The position numbers were made by a program, and so were the translations under genes. Shown piece by piece: positions 23,146 to 30,491 of a stretch of 30,491 nt of DNA (position 1 is the first letter of the stretch; each line of letters opens with the position of its first letter). The notes beneath the pieces were generated by a model. That model saw nothing but the letters and a program-made list of their open reading frames with translations. It made no database searches and had not been told where the DNA came from. This DNA comes from a virus (lineage: Duplodnaviria > Caudoviricetes): positions 1 to 30,491 of IMG/VR virus record IMGVR_UViG_3300042997_000218; one strand, written 5' to 3'.

Positions 23146-25275
23146 TTAGGCGGTGATGAGAACTTCGGCTTGCGTAGTATCCGCAGCAGCCGCACCAAAC
23201 ATGATATCGTAAGAAGCCATGTGCGAGCGTGTGGCGCGGGAATACCAGACCGAGAGCAAGCAGGACAGACCGTTGTTGGTGGTAACCGTGCGCTGTTCGA
23301 TGAACTCACCGGCAACCATTCCAACCGGAAGACCGGCTGCGATGGCGATAGCGTCAGGACCGCAGACAAAGCCAGCGGTGTTGGTCTCAGCACCAGTCCA
23401 GCGGTTGTTCTCGGCGATGACATCGAATCCAAAACGACCGTTCGCAAGCGAAGACAGACGGCCATCGGGGAAGGTGTTAGAGGCCGACGAGAACAACAAG
23501 CGAGCGATGTGTCCACCGTCCAGAACGAGGTTCTTGGAACGATAGTTCTTGGCAGCAGCGAGAATCGCGGGGAGGTCGCTGGTGTCGAAGTTGGCAGCAA
23601 TTCCAATCGTAACGGCGGTACCGTAGTTAGCGGCAGTCATCACGGCGGTAATCTTGTCGCTAATACCATAAGCGAACAGATCAGCAGAACCAGCAGCAAG
23701 ATCAGCCAGAGCGTAACCCTGATTCAGTTCTTCTTGAGTGACGGTAAAGTTCTTGCTGATCTGGTCAACGGTCACCGAAGTGGCAGCAAGCGTCGAATCG
23801 TTGTTGGTCTCCCAGTTGGTCGGATTGACCTGAGCGGCGGTGCCGGTCGTGAACTTCTTCACGCGAACGGTGGCTTTCGGACGGAGGTTGTCCAGACCCA
23901 CGTTGCGGCTGAAAGCGTCAACCATCGCCAACTTGGTAGCGGCAACGGTGATGATCGCGTCAGCGAGGTAATCCACGACAAGCGTCGAGGTAAAGGAGTT
24001 CGCGTTCTGCGGAGCGAAGATGCTCTGCTGACGGAGAAGCTCGCTGTGGTTCTCGACCAAGAAACGACGACGCTCAGCACCAGCGCGGAGGCTCTTATGC
24101 TTCTCCAGCAGCGGGTTGCCGAGGTTCTCGATCACGGGACGAACCGGATCAGGAGCAGGAGCGGCGGTGGGCGACTTGATGGAAGCCTCCAAAGCGGTAA
24201 GCTTCGCAAGAATCGCGGTGAGATCAACGGGAGCGGCAGGAGCAGCCGCAGCCGTCACAGTAGTAGCAGTATCGGACATATTTGTGTCGGGTTGTTGTGT
24301 TGGTTGCGGCGTGGAGTCCACGCCAGAATCGTTGATGGTTTTTTCGCCATCAGTCGAAAGTGTTTTGTCTGTATTGGTATCAGACGGCTCTTCTAGTTGA
24401 GCGAAAAGAGCAGAGAACCAATCGCGTCCAGCAGCACCTCCCCAGAGGTTAGCCGCTACGTCCGCAGGAGTATTAGGTTCTGCTTCCAAGAATCGGTCGT
24501 TACGTCCCCACCAAGCGTTAGCTTTGCGGATCTTGTCTTCGGTAGGAGCTTCGCCAGAAATCAGCGACTTAGCGTCAGCTACTGTAGCGGGTTCAAGACC
24601 GTCGCCAGCAAGACCTTCCTCGTATTGCTCAAGACCTCGACGGAGGTTGTTCTTGACCGTCTCAGGAGCAGTCTTTGTGACAGCGCGAGGATGCCATTTT
24701 GCAGCCATCGCAAGCTGTTTGATCGGTTTGTCCACCAAGCCAAAAGCCAGAGCCTCAGCGGTCGTAAACCAAGTTTCTGCTTTCATCGCAGCGCGGATCG
24801 ACTCGGCAGAGCGTCCGGTCTTTTTAGCATACACTCCAACCAACACTTGAGCGTGTTGATCCAAAGCCTCAGCCATTTTCCGCATATCCTCGCTCGTACC
24901 AGAAGCCATCCCTGACGGGTCGTGGATCATCATCAGAGCAGCGTCAGCCATCTCTACGCGATCACCGGCAAGAGCGATAATTGACGCAATGGAAGCCGCA
25001 ATGCCAACAACGCGAGTGGTCACCGGAGCTTTGCGACCGCGCAACTGGTTGTAAATGCTTAGGCCATCCCAAACATTACCACCGGGAGAGTTGATCTCTA
25101 CAAGCAGCGGACCATTGCCAATCTCATTAAGAACATCGGAAAACTGCTTTGCAGATAGACCGCTTCCACCGTACCAGTCTTCGCCAATCTGGTCAAAGAT
25201 CTGAACGGTAGCAGGATCACCGGCAGAGTTTGCCGGAGCGAAGTAAAGCCAATCTGACTTCTTGGTAAAACTCAT
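23146..25275 (-). CDS. ClpP-type prohead protease fused to major capsid protein
   Basis: INSPGGNVWDG, GIAASIAS (Ser), MMIHDP (His) and ETWFTTAEA; C-terminal ~330 aa capsid-like region; follows the portal; no separate capsid gene present. Confidence 0.85.
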   Translation of the reverse strand: MSFTKKSDWLYFAPANSAGDPATVQIFDQIGEDWYGGSGLSAKQFSDVLNEIGNGPLLVEINSPGGNVWDGLSIYNQLRGRKAPVTTRVVGIAASIASIIALAGDRVEMADAALMMIHDPSGMASGTSEDMRKMAEALDQHAQVLVGVYAKKTGRSAESIRAAMKAETWFTTAEALAFGLVDKPIKQLAMAAKWHPRAVTKTAPETVKNNLRRGLEQYEEGLAGDGLEPATVADAKSLISGEAPTEDKIRKANAWWGRNDRFLEAEPNTPADVAANLWGGAAGRDWFSALFAQLEEPSDTNTDKTLSTDGEKTINDSGVDSTPQPTQQPDTNMSDTATTVTAAAAPAAPVDLTAILAKLTALEASIKSPTAAPAPDPVRPVIENLGNPLLEKHKSLRAGAERRRFLVENHSELLRQQSIFAPQNANSFTSTLVVDYLADAIITVAATKLAMVDAFSRNVGLDNLRPKATVRVKKFTTGTAAQVNPTNWETNNDSTLAATSVTVDQISKNFTVTQEELNQGYALADLAAGSADLFAYGISDKITAVMTAANYGTAVTIGIAANFDTSDLPAILAAAKNYRSKNLVLDGGHIARLLFSSASNTFPDGRLSSLANGRFGFDVIAENNRWTGAETNTAGFVCGPDAIAIAAGLPVGMVAGEFIEQRTVTTNNGLSCLLSVWYSRATRSHMASYDIMFGAAAADTTQAEVLITA

Positions 25276-26840
25276 TCGGTTTTCTTGGCTTTTGGTTTAC
25301 GAGTCTTTTTGACGGTAGCGGTAATCTCTTCCTGCTCTACAACAACAGGTTGCGATCCACCTTCTGACGGAGCAACTGGAGACGGAGATTCAGAAGGATC
25401 GCCTTCAATGTCAATAGCAGTTGCAACACTAGTTGCGGGACGCTCTTTCTGAATCACCGAAATCTCAGATACATCAACGCCGTATTTAGCAGCGAGTTGA
25501 CGCACAAACAAAGCTTGTTGGGCTTTTGATTCTAAAGCAGAACGCCAGTCGAGACCACGCGCTCCGTAGACCTCATCAAAGGTGACAACGCCAGCCTCTA
25601 GTTCTGCCAGTTGAGCCGCAGAATTACGGCCAACGTCAACATTCGGGGAGCGCGGAGCGGTGATTGATACTTCGTACCAATCCGAGGGAGCGTCATTGAG
25701 CGTAGGATCATTCTTGATCGCGTACTCCATCGCGTACTCGTAAATACGACGAGCCGCTGATGCCATGACTTGATGGCGAGACCGAAACCATACAGACGAC
25801 ATATCTAGCGCACCGCGATAGACAGTTCCCTGCATTGACTCTGGGTAAACCAGAACGTAAGGGATACCAACGCCAGCACAGACTTTCTCAGTCAGTTGTC
25901 GCCAGTATTCGCGCATATTTACACCGGGACGCTCGGTCGCAAACTGCTCGAAACTGTCACCGTTCTTCATTACCTTAACGCCAGATCCAAAGACCTGTTC
26001 GTAGTAATTCTCGGCGGTGTTTACGCTCGCTCCAGCAGTACCAGCGCGGAGATTGCTTGCTTGGACTTCACCAGCGTCAGTCTTAACAATCTGAGCGACA
26101 GACGCGCCAAGCTTGCAAGCTTCCATCTCCAGCTTTTGCAGATCATCTAGATCGTGGAGATCGTTGATAACCGCCGACACAAAAGGAAGACCTCGGAGTT
26201 GACCGGGACGATTCGGTTCGTAGATATGGACAACCGAGTCAGAAGGAATGGAGCGAACATCAGTCAGGTTACCCTGAGTTTTTTCCGATCCAATAAAATA
26301 TGAAATGGCTCGTCCAGTACGAGGATCAAACCGGATACCGTCAAACACGGTCTCGTCTGCTTGCATCCCTGCTGGAGTTGCAATGGATTGAGCCTCAATA
26401 AGCTGCAATCGAGGTTTGCCAGTGTCCCCTTTGGTCAACAACAAGAACGATTCGCCATCGTAGAACCAACCGCGAGCGGCTTGCCCCATCAGAGTGGAGA
26501 ATGACTGGCGAGAGCCAATATCGGGATAACGGCTCCAGACATCAAACCACTTCTTGGCTTTGAGATTCCAAGCGGAATCACTAGAAGCTGGTTGAACCGA
26601 GAAGCTGGAGCCAACAGTGTAGCTCTCAAACAGATCACCAAGCCTATTCAGAACAGCGTTGTTTTGCTCAAAAAAACGAGACTTCCGAACGATGGCTTGA
26701 CGAGTCGCGCTCGTAACGTCAAACCGCGCGGAAGTGTAAGACGTATCGAGATACGAACGACGCAACGACTGACCCGCTCCTTCGTATTTGTTTACGGGAG
26801 CAGGGAATAGCTTGTTCGCTATGTTTTGAAGGAATCCCAT
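25272..26840 (-). CDS. Portal protein, lambda family
   Basis: DGESF, LQLIEA, DGIRFD..GR.ISY and VVHIYEPNRPGQLRGLP. Confidence 0.9.
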   Translation of the reverse strand: MGFLQNIANKLFPAPVNKYEGAGQSLRRSYLDTSYTSARFDVTSATRQAIVRKSRFFEQNNAVLNRLGDLFESYTVGSSFSVQPASSDSAWNLKAKKWFDVWSRYPDIGSRQSFSTLMGQAARGWFYDGESFLLLTKGDTGKPRLQLIEAQSIATPAGMQADETVFDGIRFDPRTGRAISYFIGSEKTQGNLTDVRSIPSDSVVHIYEPNRPGQLRGLPFVSAVINDLHDLDDLQKLEMEACKLGASVAQIVKTDAGEVQASNLRAGTAGASVNTAENYYEQVFGSGVKVMKNGDSFEQFATERPGVNMREYWRQLTEKVCAGVGIPYVLVYPESMQGTVYRGALDMSSVWFRSRHQVMASAARRIYEYAMEYAIKNDPTLNDAPSDWYEVSITAPRSPNVDVGRNSAAQLAELEAGVVTFDEVYGARGLDWRSALESKAQQALFVRQLAAKYGVDVSEISVIQKERPATSVATAIDIEGDPSESPSPVAPSEGGSQPVVVEQEEITATVKKTRKPKAKKTE

Positions 26841-27241
26841 TAGCTCATTCGGGTTGTGGCTTCACGACGGAATTGCGTGAAATCCCCATAATACCGAGTG
26901 GTTGAAACCAGAACGGCGGTCAGCATCTTGTTGTAGATCTGGAGATCGGTGGGACTAGGGATTGCGTCTCCAGCGAGGAGCGTCACAGCGTAATCGTAAT
27001 CCGTTAGCAGAGACTCCCACATTTGGAGCATCTCAATTGGTGCTGCTGTACCCTTACCGGGTTCAGCGAACTCAACGGAAACGTCAGAGCTAGAAGTACT
27101 GCGAACCACATTCCCGCTCTCCATCGAGTTAGCGGAAACAGTCAGCTTTGCCGTCAAAGCCTCAAGCAGTGTCAAAGCAGCTTTGCTCGCGTAGGTCGTA
27201 CGCAAGTAACTCCGCTTAGTTGCTACTGTGTATGTGAACAC
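26840..27241 (-). CDS. Putative head-tail joining protein (gpW position)
   Basis: Between terL and portal as lambda W is; VRSTSSSDVSVEF beta hairpin between helices. Confidence 0.5.
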   Translation of the reverse strand: MFTYTVATKRSYLRTTYASKAALTLLEALTAKLTVSANSMESGNVVRSTSSSDVSVEFAEPGKGTAAPIEMLQMWESLLTDYDYAVTLLAGDAIPSPTDLQIYNKMLTAVLVSTTRYYGDFTQFRREATTRMS

Positions 27242-27277
27242 TTGCGCGGACTATCAACAGACCCGCAAGTTTGTCAA
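27240..27277 (-). promoter_or_regulatory. Putative head-operon promoter overlapping an inverted repeat
   Basis: TTGACA-16 nt-GATAGT; ACTTGCG/CGCAAGT inverted repeat (27240-27246 and 27264-27270); GTG start 8 nt after the -10. Confidence 0.45.
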
Positions 27278-29124
27278 CCACTAGAATTTTCTGAGGTGCT
27301 GGAAGTTAGGTCTCCCCACAACATAACCATCGCCAACTGCATGATTTCGCAATCGTGCAAATGGTCCGGCCAACGAGTGTTTCTTTTAAACCACAAGTGT
27401 TTGATCCTACCGGAGCGGTTAGCCGTCGGCTTGAGAAGATGGCTGTCCAGATGCTTCCAATAGGTATCAGAATCGCTCGCAAAAGCCCCTTCAGCGTCTA
27501 GCGGAGCGGGTAGGCTACAAACACTCCATTGATGAGTCTCGGTCCCTTTACGGAGCCGCTGGAGTACCTCACGCATATGCTCGGTATCGAAAACCAACAA
27601 CGGTTGTACAGCGTCAGTCCGCATCGAGGTTGACGTTGTAATTCCAAAGGGATGGATTGAGCCGGTCTTGCTGGTAAATCTAGCTCCAGTCTCTCGGCCT
27701 TTTAGTGGCATCCATCCGATTAGCATTGGCTTTCGGAGACCTCCCTCTGGTGGATACCGCAGACCGCATGGATAGTTTATCGGGCTTCCGCTGCTCTGCG
27801 AAAACTCAGAGCAAGCATCGTAGACCGCTTGAGTGTTATAGCCGGAATCAACGCCAACATCCATGTCGTGGACGTTGTACTGTAACTGTATCCTGCGGAG
27901 TGCAGCAAAGTCGTCAGCGTGACCGGCTCCAACAAGTCGAGAGTTCCCTTTGAGCCACTCGCGGCAGACCCACCACAAGAACGGAGCCGCAGCTTGTACG
28001 TCAGCGGTTAGATAGCGTCTTGCTTCAGGGATTCCCGCATCAGATACAATCTCGGCTCTGTCCTGTTGAGTCTCCTGATTTTCCCACGGTTCCGCGAGCA
28101 TTCCGTTGATAAATCCCTGCAAACCCATCATCGAGCTTTTTGCCTCCAAGAACGCAACGGCAAGATTTCCCCAAGTGCATTTGCGATCTGGGGAGTACAA
28201 AGACGACAAGTGGTAAGACCTTACGCTCGGGAGGCTGGCTTTGTTTTCGGAGATCCACTTGCCGTGACGTAACCCTGCGACTTTCTGGCTGTCAGATATC
28301 TTCCCCTGACACAATTGGCAGACGTAATGAGCCGTGGTACGGATGCGCTGCCAGTCGGGTCGTCCATCCTCAAGCTTCTCGTTTTCCCAAGTTACTTGTC
28401 GCCACTCCAGCTTGATATGCTCTCGGCAGTATGGGCAGGGGATGTAATACCTCCGCTGATCTCCTCGTAGATATCGCTGCCAGATCCTCCCCTCCGAGGT
28501 TGTTGGAGTGCTGGTGAAGAACGCTTTGGAGCTACTGAACGCTTTGAGTCTCTGCTCGGCTAGATCAAGAGCGTCAGCTTCCTTTGCGGTCGCATCAGCG
28601 AATTTATCCACCTCATCTGCGACCAAGATCCTTACCGGACGAGACGCTAGGTTTGCTGGTGAGTTACTCCCGACAAAAGTCAGGGTACAGCGGTCAAATT
28701 GCTGCTCTAGGTTGGTTATCTGATCTTTATCAGTAGGGAACCGCGCGACCATAGCGGGAGAGTCTTCCAGCATTGGCAACCAGCGCGACTTGCTGAAGCT
28801 ACGAGCCAGATTCTCAGACGGCATCAGCCACAGCGCAGGAGACGGCTCCACGTCGATTGACCACGCAAGACCAGCCATCAGTGTGGTTGTCTTGCTGGTT
28901 TGAGATCCCCAACACAGAGTAACCTCGGAGACCGCTGGATCTTTCCAAGATTCCAACGGTTCTCGGCAATATGGTCTGACCGCTGTACTAAAAGGTCCGG
29001 GATGCTCGGTCTGCCGTTGACTTAGAGTCAGATTGCTCTCGGCCCACTCAACCACAGATTGCCGTGGAGTCGGTCGCCATAACTGTCGGCGGAACTCTAG
29101 GATCTCAAGCTCTAGGTCTGTCAT
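27274..29124 (-). CDS. terL: Terminase large subunit, lambda GpA family
   Basis: Walker A-like WGSQTSKT, Walker B LVADEVD, STPT, GDQRRYYIPCPYC...YVCQLC, SYHLSSLYSP, LTADVQ and DHLHDCE. Confidence 0.95.
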   Translation of the reverse strand: MTDLELEILEFRRQLWRPTPRQSVVEWAESNLTLSQRQTEHPGPFSTAVRPYCREPLESWKDPAVSEVTLCWGSQTSKTTTLMAGLAWSIDVEPSPALWLMPSENLARSFSKSRWLPMLEDSPAMVARFPTDKDQITNLEQQFDRCTLTFVGSNSPANLASRPVRILVADEVDKFADATAKEADALDLAEQRLKAFSSSKAFFTSTPTTSEGRIWQRYLRGDQRRYYIPCPYCREHIKLEWRQVTWENEKLEDGRPDWQRIRTTAHYVCQLCQGKISDSQKVAGLRHGKWISENKASLPSVRSYHLSSLYSPDRKCTWGNLAVAFLEAKSSMMGLQGFINGMLAEPWENQETQQDRAEIVSDAGIPEARRYLTADVQAAAPFLWWVCREWLKGNSRLVGAGHADDFAALRRIQLQYNVHDMDVGVDSGYNTQAVYDACSEFSQSSGSPINYPCGLRYPPEGGLRKPMLIGWMPLKGRETGARFTSKTGSIHPFGITTSTSMRTDAVQPLLVFDTEHMREVLQRLRKGTETHQWSVCSLPAPLDAEGAFASDSDTYWKHLDSHLLKPTANRSGRIKHLWFKRNTRWPDHLHDCEIMQLAMVMLWGDLTSSTSENSSG

Positions 29125-29606
29125 CAGAATAGTTGGTTCATCTTATATTGCATAGCGGAAGACATATTGATTAACGCCATTCGATCTTTTATTCCGTTAA
29201 CCAGACGGTCCTCAACCTTATGGTTTGCCGCCCAAGACGCATTGCGGTTAAAGATCTCAACCATCATAACAATGTTGTCATCCAGCAGATGCAGCACTCC
29301 GTAGAACGGCAGCTTTGTGCGTCTAGTAACCTCAAGAGCCGCTTGGATCTTAGACCAAGAGATCATCCATTCATTCCCAAATGTGGTCTGTAGCTTGTGG
29401 AGACCATAGCTGCGAGTCTTGACCTCATAGATTCCGGTGATGATTCCTTTAGCCGGATCAAATATGAAGCCATCAATGCGGGAAGGCTCTTGGTCTGATA
29501 TCGACAGGAACTCCAAGCCGGTCTGTCGCTCGATAGCTTTGATCGCGATCCGGTTCTGTCGCAGCGATTCAATACCGGCTGGCTTCTGGCAGTTTAAGAT
29601 TTCCAC
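29124..29606 (-). CDS. PD-(D/E)XK-family nuclease-like protein between terS and terL
   Basis: SRIDGFI...GIYEVKTR catalytic pattern; likely GTG start at 29606 (ATG about 30 nt upstream is an alternative); overlaps both terminase genes. Confidence 0.7.
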   Translation of the reverse strand: MEILNCQKPAGIESLRQNRIAIKAIERQTGLEFLSISDQEPSRIDGFIFDPAKGIITGIYEVKTRSYGLHKLQTTFGNEWMISWSKIQAALEVTRRTKLPFYGVLHLLDDNIVMMVEIFNRNASWAANHKVEDRLVNGIKDRMALINMSSAMQYKMNQLF

Positions 29607-30232
29607 GGGTCCGTTTGATGCAGAGTTTTGAGACATACTTCTTGGACCCAACGCTCTAACTCGCGCTCTGCGTGTTCTGGATCGTGCGGAGCAATGCGAC
29701 CGGATAGCTGTTTCGGCATGGACTTCAGCAGTTGGGACACTGCTCCATCGTGTTCCTGCATTGCCTTTTTTACCCAAGCACCGGAGACAAGCGTTCGCTC
29801 CTTCTCGGATTGAGCCAGCACATCATCGCGACTTGATATGAGATTCTTTGCTGCGGTAGCGTGTACCGAGACCATGCGGCCAGCATCGAGGGACCGAGAT
29901 TGTAGGGCTTCAACGGCTAGATCATAAGCGGCTCGCTCGATCTTCTTTTGCCGCTCGTACGCTCCCTGCGGGGAGTCTTCTGTCGCTAGAGCAGCGTTGA
30001 TAGCGGCAGACGCTTCGGGAGGTCTGTACGGTCCCCCTGCGAGTTCTGGTGATGGTTGCTGCTGGATCGCAGTCATTCGCTGGAGCGTTGATGGTCTACC
30101 TCCAATCCCTTTGCGAGATCCTCTCCAAGCGTCCGCTTCTTCTGGGGAGGTTAGCGGCATCCCTGCTGCGGTGAGTTGCGAGACTCTTCCTTTAGTTAAG
30201 CCACTGTGTTTAACGTACTCGGTTTGAGTCAT
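29594..30232 (-). CDS. terS: Terminase small subunit (Nu1-like)
   Basis: N-terminal wHTH MTQTEYVKHSGLTKGRVSQL..AGMP, coiled coil, C-terminal LLKSMPKQLSGRI; upstream of terL. Confidence 0.8.
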   Translation of the reverse strand: MTQTEYVKHSGLTKGRVSQLTAAGMPLTSPEEADAWRGSRKGIGGRPSTLQRMTAIQQQPSPELAGGPYRPPEASAAINAALATEDSPQGAYERQKKIERAAYDLAVEALQSRSLDAGRMVSVHATAAKNLISSRDDVLAQSEKERTLVSGAWVKKAMQEHDGAVSQLLKSMPKQLSGRIAPHDPEHAERELERWVQEVCLKTLHQTDPWKS

Positions 30233-30441
30233 CGCAATTGGATCGGCAAGTTCTCGGGCTTCATCTTGACCAGTTCTTCAAGACCTCGGGTAACGGTTTT
30301 GTAAACCGATTTCTTGGGATCGGGACAATAGAACACCGCCACTTGGTCGATGGTGAACGATCCGCTTTTGATGCGGTCCAAATGCCACTTGAGCGTTGAG
30401 TGTCCAATGTTAAGGAGTAGGTAGTCGGTAGCTAGTGACAT
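30229..30441 (-). CDS. Hypothetical protein
   Basis: ATG at 30441 preferred; ATGA-coupled to terS. Confidence 0.55.
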   Translation of the reverse strand: MSLATDYLLLNIGHSTLKWHLDRIKSGSFTIDQVAVFYCPDPKKSVYKTVTRGLEELVKMKPENLPIQLR

Positions 30442-30491
30442 AGGGTTTGTACTACAATAGCAAGTTCGCTCGCACAAGATGATCGGTCCCG

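Noticed and set aside
23019-23606. 195-aa minus-strand ORF overlapping the capsid 3' end (possible frameshift extension)
   Set aside because: Alternative-frame sequence rich in Ser, Pro and Arg; no slippery heptamer seen; the 58-aa ORF at 22958-23134 explains the region better
23170-24396. 408-aa plus-strand ORF (and 24397-24915)
   Set aside because: Antisense shadow of the codon-biased capsid gene; no recognisable motifs or expression signals

Overview
The window looks like a complete or near-complete ~30.5 kb genome of a small tailed dsDNA phage (siphovirus-like, lambda-type packaging). Every credible gene is on the minus strand. Read from 30491 down to 1, the order is: terminase small subunit, a PD-(D/E)XK nuclease, GpA-type terminase large subunit, lambda-family portal, a ClpP protease-major capsid fusion, a fibre cluster, a holin/spanin-like cluster, neck and tail genes, a short tape measure and tail-tip genes. 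The early region follows: Red-beta/RecT, Cas4-like exonuclease, MazG-like protein, SSB-like protein, RusA, a lysozyme-fold muramidase, an array of small genes, three tandem HTH genes, a metallophosphoesterase, a replication initiator and DnaB. I found no integrase, CI-type repressor, DNA polymerase, tRNA or CRISPR array. The most notable non-coding signals are: (1) a two-hairpin RNA element upstream of the replication initiator with nested a-b-b'-a' complementarity and a 34-codon leader ORF, resembling the P1 C4 / P4 CI antisense systems; (2) one 16-bp palindromic operator in the -35/-10 spacer of both early promoters; (3) small-gene cassettes joined by a repeated GGAGGCAAAGCCGTGAGC SD/stop/start junction; (4) a compact H-type pseudoknot and a multi-stem element in early intergenic regions; (5) a lambda cosN-like sequence at the window boundary. 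All functional calls come from motif recognition by eye. No database searches were run.
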